Origin: a virus
Reading direction: 5' to 3' (one strand)
Virus genome (UHGV): UHGV-0250353
Length of the DNA: 45,006 bases
Shown: piece after piece, positions 1 through 8,975 of the stretch
Position numbering within the stretch: the first letter of the stretch is position 1
Layout: each line of letters begins with the position of its first letter
Notes under the pieces: generated by a model
Told to the model about the DNA's origin: nothing
What the model saw: the letters and a program-made list of their open reading frames with translations, nothing else
Database searches by the model: none
Translations under genes and position numbers: made by a program

Positions 1-786
1 ATTTGGGGTAATAGCGAAAGATGAAGCCAAGCTCCCGTCGTAACTGGATGTTGTCCTCTGCTTGAACCACGCCGAGTTGCCGAAATTATTGCTAAAAGTA
101 AGTATGTTTTCCGCTGCGGTTTCAGGGGGGACGCGCCCGGCGGCAACACCACCGATAAACGTAAGAGGCCATTCATTGGTGGTGGACTGCACAAGATTGC
201 CGTTCCGGTTGATATAATAAACCCGCGGCCCGTCATACACAACGCGGCTATCAAGAGTCGACGCCAGAAGGTTAATCGGTGGGTATCCTGCAGGCCCTTC
301 ATTGCTCCAGATGCGCGGGAACGTCGTTTCGTAGTTAGCATATATTTTCATGAAACTGCCCAGACGATCCCCGTAACAGCCGTACAAATCCGGAAGATTC
401 TTCGTAAGGCATGTATCTTCCTGAATAGCTGTTCTCTCTGCCGTGGCGGTGAACGTAATTACCCAGTTCTTACCGTCGTCGGTGCTATCACTAATCGTCG
501 ATGTGATGAGTATCTGGTGGTCCTCGATGCCCATACCTGTATCATGCGGCATGATAAACGAGGACGCACCGCCGTCGATGTTGTTCAGGAAGCTATAAAA
601 CGCCTGGCGCCCGAGAGAAGACACTACTAGCGTTACGCTAATTGGTACCGGTTCAAAGTACGTGTCTCTCCCCTGGCGGGGTAAGCCGCCCTGAACCTCT
701 GTGCGCCAGATATTACTCCCCCTTGTCTGAGAGTACCCCTTCGACACTATAGGCTTTAAACTTGTTGGAAATCTTAAAGAAGACAT
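1..786 (-). CDS. tail protein, 5' part of a gene that runs off the left edge (262 codons present)
   Basis: ATG at 786 with AGGAG RBS 9 nt upstream; reverse frame open to position 1; directly follows tape measure in tail module; frame is continuous with open reverse frame 44407..45006 if the sequence is circular. Confidence 0.5.
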   Translation of the reverse strand, partial: MSSLRFPTSLKPIVSKGYSQTRGSNIWRTEVQGGLPRQGRDTYFEPVPISVTLVVSSLGRQAFYSFLNNIDGGASSFIMPHDTGMGIEDHQILITSTISDSTDDGKNWVITFTATAERTAIQEDTCLTKNLPDLYGCYGDRLGSFMKIYANYETTFPRIWSNEGPAGYPPINLLASTLDSRVVYDGPRVYYINRNGNLVQSTTNEWPLTFIGGVAAGRVPPETAAENILTFSNNFGNSAWFKQRTTSSYDGSLASSFAITPN

Positions 787-821
787 AGTAAGATACTCCT
801 ATTATTTTAGGAGATACTAAC

Positions 822-1472
822 ATGATACCCACAGAAAAAGTAGCTAAGAGTATGTGGCTGCGCGCGAATTATCCCGCGAACAAAAGCAGCAAAACTAGGC
901 GTGCAACTATATGCGATTTTGGCATAAATGATGCCGATTATGTGGTTAGTCCTAAGATAAACGGCAACCGTGAGCCGTGTCCTGCGTACGCTACGTGGCG
1001 AGGGATGATCCAACGTTGCATAGACGTCGAGTATAAAAACAAAAGACCTGCATACAAGGATGTAACTGTGTGGCATGGGTGGCAAAGGTTTATGTCCTTC
1101 CGTAGATGGTGGCTTTGTAATTACGTAGAAGGATGGGAACTAGATAAGGACTTATTCTCTGGTATTAATAAGATATACAGCCCCACCACTTGCATTTTTA
1201 TTCCGCAATGGTTGAATGTTTTTCTACTGGAAAGGAAAAATAGTGGGTCACCTACAGGTGTTTTTTATGAAGAATCAAGAGGTAAATTTAAAGCCTCAGT
1301 GAAATATGAGAAAAAAACTATTAATCTAGGACGTTTTGAAACTCAGGAAGAAGCGCTAGATGCCTACATCGCTGAAAAGATAAGGATAGCAGAATCAAGA
1401 AGATGCGAGATAGAGGCGATAAGAGAAGGTATGTTCGCCCGCGTTATCGCCTTGATAAAAGAGGGGCGTTAG
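822..1472 (+). CDS. AP2-domain putative homing endonuclease-like protein
   Basis: ORF track 216 aa; GGAG RBS before ATG 822; AP2-like segment GVFYEESRGKFKASV...LGRFETQEEALDAY; opposite strand to flanking tail genes. Confidence 0.5.
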   Translation: MIPTEKVAKSMWLRANYPANKSSKTRRATICDFGINDADYVVSPKINGNREPCPAYATWRGMIQRCIDVEYKNKRPAYKDVTVWHGWQRFMSFRRWWLCNYVEGWELDKDLFSGINKIYSPTTCIFIPQWLNVFLLERKNSGSPTGVFYEESRGKFKASVKYEKKTINLGRFETQEEALDAYIAEKIRIAESRRCEIEAIREGMFARVIALIKEGR

Positions 1473-1481
1473 CCCCTACCT

Positions 1482-3791
1482 TTAATACCCCGGCTGACCG
1501 CGAGTAGAGCGGCGAGCTTTAGAAATCGGTGAGTTGTTATCCTGTAACTGCGACGCTACTGTTTCACTGATTATAATACGTAAACGCCCTTCGTCATCAC
1601 GTTCTGTTACAGCAGAATCTACGCGCCCCGTAGTGTTATTAACTATAGTGACGTTATCACCGCCGGACTGGCCACCGTTTTGCCCCATAATCTCTTTCAT
1701 CTGCTGCGCAGTTCGTACGCGCGATGCGCCAGCAGGCATGATAACTTCCGGTTTGCCGCGTTCTGCGATGGTAGACATCTGCCCCGCTGATAACTGACCG
1801 CCCTGCTCACGTGCCGAGCGGATTTTGGCGATATTAGCCAGCCCCGCGGCAACGGCAGTACCTGCGGCAACCGGTGCCAGGAATGGGCCGACAACCGGTA
1901 TCGCTGCGGTAGACTTATATGCTTCGATAGCCGAGGTGTATGTTGCGATAGTGGCCTGGGCAATAGCAAACGCTTTATACGCGGTGGACGCCTCGCCAAA
2001 TGCCGTTTTAGCATTAGCTGCCATGTCACCGAAAGAACTACCTAAAGCCTCGGCGCGCTTCGTAGCATACTGCTCATTGATAGCGTTAAGCGCCGCCTGA
2101 TACTGTTCCTCGTTAATAAGCCCCTGTTCTCGATACTTATCAGCGACAGCCAGTTTCTGCTGTTCCTGGATGTCGAGGAGCTCAAGCTCAGCGGCGTTCT
2201 GCCCCATAATCTGGGCCATGAAGTCATCGCCTTTCTGCTGCTTTTCCTGCTGCTCTTTTCTTTTCTTATCCAGTTCTTCCTGTCTGGCCTGCTCGGCTGT
2301 GAGCATAATTTGAGTTTTGGCGTTTTCGTATTGCTGCTGGCTTATCGTTCCTGCGCGGTTGAACTCTTCAAGTTTTGCCAGTTTCTGCTCTTCGGCCGCC
2401 GTGATGCGAGAAATTTCATCTCCGGTTGTACGGTCAACCGTAGCAAGGAAATCTTCCGCGGCTTTCTTCTGGCGTTGTGCCGCCGTTTCTTCACGTTTGG
2501 CCTGCGCCGCCAGACGTTTCTCGTTCGATTTAGCCTCGCGGTCTGCCTTCTCTTTCTCGGTCTTGTCAATGCGGGCGATGTCTTGCTGTGCTTCCGTGTC
2601 ACGAGCAGCATTATACGCGGCGATCTGTTCTTTGGTTACAGCTTCACGTTTAGCAAACGCCTGCTTATCCAGTTCAGCTTGCGCCCGGATGCGCTCACGG
2701 TCGCTTAAGATGGCGATTTGCTGATTCTTGACGATAGCTTCGTTCTGCTCCTGGAACCTCTGCGTGGTTGAGTTAACGTTACGACCGAGATTCTTTTGGG
2801 CTTCCGCCGCTGCGTTTGCGGACTTCTCCGCGTTCTCCAGTGCTGTGGCGTTCTTGTTGGCGTTGTCTGTCAGGCGGATAAGTTCCGGATTCAACTGTTT
2901 TGTGTTACCGAGCCAGTCGGTAAACACATCGGCGATGCGGCGGGCATTCTCGGCGGTTGGCTCTTTGTTAAACGCGCTCTGCGCCGCTATCATCTCCAGC
3001 GCCTGGTCACGGTTAACCCCGAACTTACTGCTAAGCTCCGCTATATTCTGCGCCAGCATGTTGACGCCTACGATGTTACCCTCGTAAGTGCCGCCAAGTT
3101 TTTCTAACGTGTCGCCTACATCCGCACCCTTAGAGACCAATGCATCGTACTGGCTAATAGCGGATGCCGTGGAGGCTTTCCATGTCTCCCATGACTCGGC
3201 GTCCTCGCGGACAGCTTTAGCTGTTTGCTGCGCGATAAGGTCTGCGTTAGCCTTAGCCAGAGCAAGCTGAGTCTCCGCCGCTTCTCTGCTGATTTGGGTA
3301 AGCTGGATAAGGCCGTCTGTCAGTTCGAGGGAGCCAGATGCCGTTTGCTGGAAGGTGTCTTTTAACTGTTTCTGCGCGGCTTCCAGGTCTTTTGAACTGC
3401 CTTCTGCTTCGGTTAGCGATTTGTACAGGACACCGCCGATTGCCGAAGCAAGAGCAATCACAGCCCCGAGCACCGCGCCACCAGGTCCGAAAGCACCAGC
3501 AAGCTGCGAACCTTGTTGCCCGATTGCTACGAATGCAGACGTGCCGGATTGCAACTGGACTACCATGTCCTGCACCTGGAAGCCAACCTGCCCTGCAGCG
3601 TTACGGAACTTAGCGAAACCGTCGGAGGCCGCTTTAGACGTAGCGGAGTTTACTTTATTAACGTCCGGCGTTAGTTTGTTTACGGATGTGTCCGCCCGGT
3701 CTGCGGATGCCGCCATAGCGTCAAGCTGTTTAGCGGCCGCATCAGCGCCTTCTGTTTTTACTCTGGCAATTAGGGAAGCCGTATCAGCCAT
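1482..3791 (-). CDS. tail tape measure protein
   Basis: about 770 aa Ala/Gln/Glu-rich coiled-coil protein immediately downstream of chaperone pair; ATG 3791 with GAGG RBS preferred over TTG 3806 used by ORF track. Confidence 0.8.
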   Translation of the reverse strand: MADTASLIARVKTEGADAAAKQLDAMAASADRADTSVNKLTPDVNKVNSATSKAASDGFAKFRNAAGQVGFQVQDMVVQLQSGTSAFVAIGQQGSQLAGAFGPGGAVLGAVIALASAIGGVLYKSLTEAEGSSKDLEAAQKQLKDTFQQTASGSLELTDGLIQLTQISREAAETQLALAKANADLIAQQTAKAVREDAESWETWKASTASAISQYDALVSKGADVGDTLEKLGGTYEGNIVGVNMLAQNIAELSSKFGVNRDQALEMIAAQSAFNKEPTAENARRIADVFTDWLGNTKQLNPELIRLTDNANKNATALENAEKSANAAAEAQKNLGRNVNSTTQRFQEQNEAIVKNQQIAILSDRERIRAQAELDKQAFAKREAVTKEQIAAYNAARDTEAQQDIARIDKTEKEKADREAKSNEKRLAAQAKREETAAQRQKKAAEDFLATVDRTTGDEISRITAAEEQKLAKLEEFNRAGTISQQQYENAKTQIMLTAEQARQEELDKKRKEQQEKQQKGDDFMAQIMGQNAAELELLDIQEQQKLAVADKYREQGLINEEQYQAALNAINEQYATKRAEALGSSFGDMAANAKTAFGEASTAYKAFAIAQATIATYTSAIEAYKSTAAIPVVGPFLAPVAAGTAVAAGLANIAKIRSAREQGGQLSAGQMSTIAERGKPEVIMPAGASRVRTAQQMKEIMGQNGGQSGGDNVTIVNNTTGRVDSAVTERDDEGRLRIIISETVASQLQDNNSPISKARRSTRGQPGY

Positions 3792-4170
3792 CTTCTCTGC
3801 CCTCAAATATTCCGTCTAAGCCCATGATAACCTCGGCTTCGAACAAACTTATGCCGTAACCGGCGACATCACGAAACGCTACCAAATCTTGCCATTTGAG
3901 CGCATCGCGCGGGATTATAACGATAGTATCATCTGTTTCGCGCTGTAGGAATTTAATGGCACGGTATTTCTCGAACACGTCGATAAGAGAAACGGGGCAT
4001 TCTGGCCCCGTCGCTTCTTTCATCTGCGGTTCTTTAATCACACCCATTGCGATCAAAGCTGCTTGATGCCCCGCCGCGATGTCGTCGAATTGCTTACGTT
4101 TCTGGCGGTCGACAAAGCACCATTGCGCAAATTCATACAGCGCTTTTACTTTTCCGAGAGTTTCTCGCGG
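3784..4170 (-). CDS. tail assembly chaperone, -1 frame extension (GT-like fusion partner)
   Basis: reverse frame -1 relative to 4146..4562 is open from 4170 to stop 3784..3786; no ATG of its own (track start is TTG 4056); overlaps GGAAAAG at the last codons of upstream ORF. Confidence 0.4.
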   Translation of the reverse strand, partial: PRETLGKVKALYEFAQWCFVDRQKRKQFDDIAAGHQAALIAMGVIKEPQMKEATGPECPVSLIDVFEKYRAIKFLQRETDDTIVIIPRDALKWQDLVAFRDVAGYGISLFEAEVIMGLDGIFEGREDG

Positions 4171-4562
4171 CTATCGGTGTGGTGTTTAACTACGGCTTCT
4201 GCCAGTCCGCTGTACTGGTCTAACAGGTTAGCCAGCGCCTCTTTGCTGAACGGCTCGTCGAATGACCAACCGGTGACGATGTCGACAGCGAGCTGCTTGT
4301 TCAGGTCCATCACCCGCCAGCCCTTCTCATCGTTATAGCGCGCCCAGTTATTCAGCGCCTCGCACTCTTTATCTAATGGCGCAAGTTCTTCCGTAAGGCG
4401 TCGAATTGCCGTTGTGTAGGCGCGGCCTGCACGAACACCCGCATCACAATCGGGGCCAATGACCTGCAGCCATTCGCCGGAGTCTTTACCGCTCGGCAGG
4501 AGGATAGGCATTTTAGTACCAGTAGCGTGGCGGTCGGCAAAATAAAAATCAGAAAGTTTCAT
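4146..4562 (-). CDS. tail assembly chaperone (G-like)
   Basis: 138 aa ORF, ATG 4562 with AAGGA RBS; position between major tail protein region and tape measure; followed by -1 frame ORF. Confidence 0.55.
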   Translation of the reverse strand: MKLSDFYFADRHATGTKMPILLPSGKDSGEWLQVIGPDCDAGVRAGRAYTTAIRRLTEELAPLDKECEALNNWARYNDEKGWRVMDLNKQLAVDIVTGWSFDEPFSKEALANLLDQYSGLAEAVVKHHTDSREKLSEK

Positions 4563-4669
4563 TCTTTGATCCTTTGGTTAAGAGGTTACAGGTTAAGGTT
4601 GACGCGCCAGACGGGAACCACCCGCTTTTCGTGTGCGACACTAGGCGCAAACTTATTCTAGCACACTAC

Positions 4670-4698
4670 TTGCACACCCCAATATAATAGGGTACTAT
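4670..4698 (+). promoter_or_regulatory. sigma70-like promoter TTGCAC-N17-TACTAT with palindromic operator TAATAGggtaCTATTC (4685..4700)
   Basis: hexamers and spacing read directly; same architecture as minus-strand promoters at 24746..24774 and 26253..26281. Confidence 0.5.
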
Positions 4699-4728
4699 TC
4701 ACCTACACCAACAATGGAGGGATTTAAA

Positions 4729-4920
4729 ATGTCAAGTTTACCAGTTTCCTTAATTCTGTTTGCACTTCTCGCTTATTTCGCGCCTTTCCTGGTTGCGTAC
4801 TTCCGTAATCATAAAGCGAAGTTGGCAATATTCATGGCTAACCTGTTTCTTGGCTGGGTTCTGCTGCCGTGGGTATTTATTTTAATATGGGCTTGCAACT
4901 CGAACGTGAAAGAGAAGTAG
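4729..4920 (+). CDS. small two-TM membrane protein, superinfection-immunity (Imm)-like
   Basis: GGAGGG RBS then ATG 4729; two hydrophobic helices; FRNHKAKLAIFMANLFLGW...WVFILIWA resembles Imm-type small membrane proteins (from memory, not searched). Confidence 0.45.
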   Translation: MSSLPVSLILFALLAYFAPFLVAYFRNHKAKLAIFMANLFLGWVLLPWVFILIWACNSNVKEK

Positions 4921-4958
4921 GCTACTATAAGACAAATCCTAAACACGAGGAAGTAAGC

Positions 4959-6089
4959 ATGGCCCATAAGAAAATAACCGACGAACAGTTACAGGAAGAA
5001 TTGAACGCCGGAATGAAGAATGCAGACATCGCCCGTAAATACGGCATCTCAGACCGCGTAATTCGTATCCGTAAAGCGAAGCTGGCTAAGAAAGGCGTAG
5101 GCCACGGGCGTGACGTTAGTCACCTTGTCCCGGACGGCTACAAAATTAAAGGGACCTCGTCACTGGTGGACGAGTTCGGCAACACTAAACTTCAATGGGT
5201 TAAGACCGACACCGATGCCGAACGTCAGGTCGAGTTGATGAAAGCCGTAATCGAAGGCATGAAGTCGGAGATTACTCCAGTTGCACCAGTTAAAGCCGTT
5301 CGCGCCAAACGTGACGATAAACTACTCAATCTTTACACGGTATCTGATTTCCATCTCGGTATGCTGGCCTGGGCCGACGAGAGCGGCGACGACTGGGATA
5401 TGAAGATTGCGGAAGACCTGTTCTCTCGCTGGTTCGATGCTGCGTTCCAGAAAGCGCCAGATGCAGGAACAGGAGTTATTAACCTGCTTGGCGACCTTGC
5501 GCACTTCGATAGTCTGGATGCCGTTACACCTGCAAGCGGCCATGTTCTTGACGCGGACACGCGCTATCAGAAACTGGTCCGCTACATGATTCGTATGGTT
5601 CGCCGTGTTATTGATATGGCGCTGGTTAAGCATAAAAATGTTCGCTTGCTTATCGTGCAAGGGAACCACGACGAAAGTGGAATGATTTGGTTAGCTGAGA
5701 TGTTCAGTACGCTGTACGACAATGAGCCGCGTGTGTTTGTCGATACTTCACCAGATGTTTACAAGATGGTGCAACACGGCAAAACGACGCTGTTCTTTAC
5801 ACACGGGCATAAATGCCGGTTTGAGGTTGTCGAACCAATTATGATAGCTAAGTTCAGAAAAGCATTTGGAGAAAGCGAGTACAGTTACGCGCATGTAGGG
5901 CATCTCCACCATCAAAAGATTGTAGAAAGTAGGAATATGGTAGTGGAGCAACATCGCACTCTCGCGGCGAAAGATGCATATGCTTCCCGCGGCGGGTGGA
6001 TGTCTAAGAGGTCCGCTAATGTCATAACCTATAGTTCAGAGTTCGGGGAAGTAGGTAGGCTTTCAATCTCACCGGAGATGCTAAGATGA
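4959..6089 (+). CDS. HTH domain fused to calcineurin-like metallophosphoesterase
   Basis: GAGGAAG RBS then ATG 4959; motifs DFHLG, GDLAHFD, GNHDES, THGH, GHLHH in canonical order; N-terminal ADIARKYGISDRVIRIRKAK HTH-like. Confidence 0.7.
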   Translation: MAHKKITDEQLQEELNAGMKNADIARKYGISDRVIRIRKAKLAKKGVGHGRDVSHLVPDGYKIKGTSSLVDEFGNTKLQWVKTDTDAERQVELMKAVIEGMKSEITPVAPVKAVRAKRDDKLLNLYTVSDFHLGMLAWADESGDDWDMKIAEDLFSRWFDAAFQKAPDAGTGVINLLGDLAHFDSLDAVTPASGHVLDADTRYQKLVRYMIRMVRRVIDMALVKHKNVRLLIVQGNHDESGMIWLAEMFSTLYDNEPRVFVDTSPDVYKMVQHGKTTLFFTHGHKCRFEVVEPIMIAKFRKAFGESEYSYAHVGHLHHQKIVESRNMVVEQHRTLAAKDAYASRGGWMSKRSANVITYSSEFGEVGRLSISPEMLR

Positions 6090-6556
6090 AGTACCTTGAT
6101 GTTTCAAAACAATTTAAATACTGCCCTGATACGGGGCAGGTTACCAGGATATCTACTGGTGCTGAGGTTGGTACGGTTGGTGTAAGAGGATATCTGTGCT
6201 GCGGTATGGGTGGTAAAACAGTATATGTCCACCGCGTAGCATGGTGTCTTTATAATAAATGTGACTTAGACAGGAAAACACAAATAGACCACATAAACCA
6301 TAACAGGCTAGACAATAGAATAGAAAATCTACGCGCCACCGACAATACAGGGAACAGTAAAAATAAAACTATGAGAAAGATAAATAAATCCGGGGCTACA
6401 GGTGTAAGTTTCCACAAAGCCGCGGGTAAGTGGCGCGCGTTTATAAAAGTTAACTACAAACAAGTGCATTTAGGGCTTTACGACGATTTTGATGTAGCGG
6501 TTGCCGCGCGTAAAGCCGCTGAGAGTAAATACGGTTTTCATGAAAACCATGAGTAG
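6086..6556 (+). CDS. HNH homing endonuclease with AP2-like domain
   Basis: HRVAW...QIDHINHNRLDNRIENLR HNH motif; GVSFHKAAGKWRAFI AP2-like; ATGA overlap with upstream gene. Confidence 0.75.
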   Translation: MKYLDVSKQFKYCPDTGQVTRISTGAEVGTVGVRGYLCCGMGGKTVYVHRVAWCLYNKCDLDRKTQIDHINHNRLDNRIENLRATDNTGNSKNKTMRKINKSGATGVSFHKAAGKWRAFIKVNYKQVHLGLYDDFDVAVAARKAAESKYGFHENHE

Positions 6557-6567
6557 GAGAGCTATTT

Positions 6568-6798
6568 ATGACTTCAAAATATAACCGCACAATGACAAAT
6601 ACCCACGGCAGCACTATGACAGTAGACGTTTATGATGTGCTGCGGGCCTTCGACATCCGCGACCCAGCACTGCAACACGCTTTGAAGAAATTATTGTGCA
6701 TGGGCTTGCGTGGACACAAAGACACCGGGACGGACTTAGCGGAAGCAATTGAAAGTCTGGAGAAGTTACGAGAGTACCGGAGTAATATTGATGAGTGA
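6568..6798 (+). CDS. hypothetical protein
   Basis: ORF track 76 aa, RBS GGAG upstream, inside island operon. Confidence 0.5.
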   Translation: MTSKYNRTMTNTHGSTMTVDVYDVLRAFDIRDPALQHALKKLLCMGLRGHKDTGTDLAEAIESLEKLREYRSNIDE

Positions 6799-6967
6799 AA
6801 ATATTATGAAAACGATATATGTAATCCGTGTATACGACGAAGAATGGGACGAGTGGGTTGATATTTACGCTGTAGGTAGTAAGGAAGAGGCCTCTAAAGA
6901 GATGGCAGAACGGAGTGACCGAGGTCAGTTAACTAACTTCTACGAAATGCCATTCAAAAGTGAGTAA
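6791..6967 (+). CDS. hypothetical acidic small protein
   Basis: in-frame ATG 6791 overlapping stop of upstream gene; ORF track frame 6749..6967. Confidence 0.45.
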   Translation: MSENIMKTIYVIRVYDEEWDEWVDIYAVGSKEEASKEMAERSDRGQLTNFYEMPFKSE

Positions 6968-6970
6968 GAA

Positions 6971-6996
6971 AAGGCCCCGAAAGGGGCCTTAGTTTT
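6971..6996. terminator. bidirectional intrinsic terminator AAGGCCCC-GAAA-GGGGCCTT + TTTT
   Basis: 8-bp GC stem, tetraloop, T-run on plus and A-run upstream; sits between convergent genes. Confidence 0.6.
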
Positions 6997-8167
6997 ATGC
7001 GTAGGTGATACGCTGGATAACAATAGACGACTGGTACTGATTGCCGGTAGCCTGGCCTTCGATGGACTGAGTGATTGACTCTGGTCCGCCAATCTCTGGC
7101 GTAACCGCCGTAAGTTCTGCGCGTTTCAGGCTGAAAGACATAGCCCCGTTTACCCCCGCCAGAATAGAGTTAATCTCTACCTGCTGTTCGTTGATAAACT
7201 TCTGAATCATCGCCATGTCGTACAGCTTACCGGAGATAGAGAAGGTGTTAGCCGCGCGACCACGTTCCACGAACGCAACGCTACTGTTGCCGAGTTCGAA
7301 CTGCGCAGAAGCACCGTTGTCGTTTGTGATGGTCAGAGTATCGCAACGCAACGGCGTAGAACCGTCGAACACGGACACATCTACGGATGAGAACGGCTCA
7401 TCGGTAAACGTCACCTGAGAGAAATCAGAACCTGCTGGCGGTGCAGAAAGAATCTCCTGACTTAGACCGATGAACGGGAAGCTGCCTGTCACCATCGCGT
7501 TTACGGCCTGTTCAATGGTGAATCCGGAGATTTCCACGCCTTTGGTCAACATGTACGCGTCCGGGTTCCCGCACTGTCCTTTGAACCATGTCAGGATGGA
7601 GAACGTCTTACATGCGTTACTGGTTTCCAGTTTGTCGCCGGTTTTAGCGTCGGTGGTTACAGTCTCTGCTGTCAGCGTGTGCTGAATGCCCGCACCCGTA
7701 ACTACAAGAGCAGAAACCGCGGTCACGATAAACGGTTTTGCGTTGTCGCCGGTTAAGTCGGTGAACGCAATCAGGTCGCCAACTTCTACACCGTCAGTAA
7801 TGAAGCTACCGGCAGCGCGGGTGAATGTTTTACCTGCTGGGGCGACCGTAATTTCAGCACCCGTAATCTCCACCCCATCCTGCCACGTAGAAGTCATCGC
7901 GCCCGCGAGGAAATCATCCTGGCTACGCGAGCTAAGTTCGATGGCGTACTCCCCGCTAACCTGCTTATTACCAGTGCGGATGGATGTAGTTTCACGGCTG
8001 CCGTCGAGTTCGTTGGAAGTCAGCGCATCGCGGGTTACGGCTGGAACGCCGCCCGTGTTACGCAACGGCGACCAGACCGGGTTAGTCGGTGTTACGCCCG
8101 GGGTATTTTCCACCACATAGAATTGCGCGGTATTCGCGCCCTTAAAAGGAGTTGTAGCCATATTCAC
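6995..8167 (-). CDS. major tail protein (putative)
   Basis: 390 aa Thr/Ser/Gly-rich structural-type protein; last large gene before chaperones/tape measure in transcription order. Confidence 0.5.
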   Translation of the reverse strand: MNMATTPFKGANTAQFYVVENTPGVTPTNPVWSPLRNTGGVPAVTRDALTSNELDGSRETTSIRTGNKQVSGEYAIELSSRSQDDFLAGAMTSTWQDGVEITGAEITVAPAGKTFTRAAGSFITDGVEVGDLIAFTDLTGDNAKPFIVTAVSALVVTGAGIQHTLTAETVTTDAKTGDKLETSNACKTFSILTWFKGQCGNPDAYMLTKGVEISGFTIEQAVNAMVTGSFPFIGLSQEILSAPPAGSDFSQVTFTDEPFSSVDVSVFDGSTPLRCDTLTITNDNGASAQFELGNSSVAFVERGRAANTFSISGKLYDMAMIQKFINEQQVEINSILAGVNGAMSFSLKRAELTAVTPEIGGPESITQSIEGQATGNQYQSSIVIQRITYA

Positions 8168-8580
8168 AGCCTCTTGGTGAATGCAATAAAGTTAATTGAC
8201 AATGGTCGTTTGGCCCATCCGTTTTCTACAATCAGCGGCCCCAGGCTAACCGATTGAACCTCGGCGCAGATGTCGTTACGTGAAAATGACTTACCTGCCT
8301 TAAACGCCGTGTTAAGTAAGTCTGCCATTTTATTGATTGGCGCGCTACCTTTCACCGATGCGTAGTTAATGTCCACCTGATAAATACCAGAGCGTTGTTC
8401 TGTGAAGAACAAATCCGCCTGTTCTGTATCCGCAAGTAACATGTAACTCGCCAGATACGGCGTATCGGTTGATGTCGGCGCGTCGATGTTTTCAAGTGCT
8501 ACCTTGATGCCGTTGGCGGTTCCGAAGGCTACCAGCGGCACATCAAACGCTTTTGTTAAGTCCTCAAAGTAGCCCATCAT
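8164..8580 (-). CDS. tail/neck structural protein (putative tail terminator or completion protein)
   Basis: 138 aa ORF translationally coupled in structural operon. Confidence 0.5.
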   Translation of the reverse strand: MMGYFEDLTKAFDVPLVAFGTANGIKVALENIDAPTSTDTPYLASYMLLADTEQADLFFTEQRSGIYQVDINYASVKGSAPINKMADLLNTAFKAGKSFSRNDICAEVQSVSLGPLIVENGWAKRPLSINFIAFTKRL

Positions 8581-8975
8581 TTCACCTTGTTGGCTTCTTC
8601 GTTAATGAGTTGCTGGAATCGGGACACATTTATCCTGACCATGCCTTGTGGGGCCTGTTTCGACCAATGGCCGTACTCCAACCGTTGCGCATACGGCAGA
8701 TTATTTGTCAGCGTGAACTCGTGCCAGTCTGTAGCTTTCAGAACGAAACTCGTAGCGTTTCCGGTTGCCGTGTTTCCTGATTTATCCGTAGCGTCTGTAA
8801 TTCCGGAAGCGGGGGTACCGCCAGACGCCATCCAGTTCATACGAAAGCGGCCTGTATCTACCGGACTCGCCTTTATGATAGCGGAAAACAACTTGACAGA
8901 CACCTGACGCATCACCTTCTCAGGATTCTTCTTCGCCTTTTCCACGAACTTAGAGACATCAAGCGCGAAACTCAT
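8577..8975 (-). CDS. neck/tail completion protein (putative)
   Basis: 132 aa ORF, overlaps neighbours by 4 nt. Confidence 0.5.
   Translation of the reverse strand: MSFALDVSKFVEKAKKNPEKVMRQVSVKLFSAIIKASPVDTGRFRMNWMASGGTPASGITDATDKSGNTATGNATSFVLKATDWHEFTLTNNLPYAQRLEYGHWSKQAPQGMVRINVSRFQQLINEEANKVK

Noticed and set aside
2310-3819. Several plus-strand ORFs (up to 154 aa) inside the tape measure region
   Set aside because: All antisense to the 770-aa tape measure gene, with Ser/Ala/Cys-rich low-complexity products; typical shadows of a GC-biased coding strand.
7215-8120. Plus-strand ORFs antisense to the major tail protein gene
   Set aside because: Shadow ORFs with Ser/Thr/Pro-rich translations.
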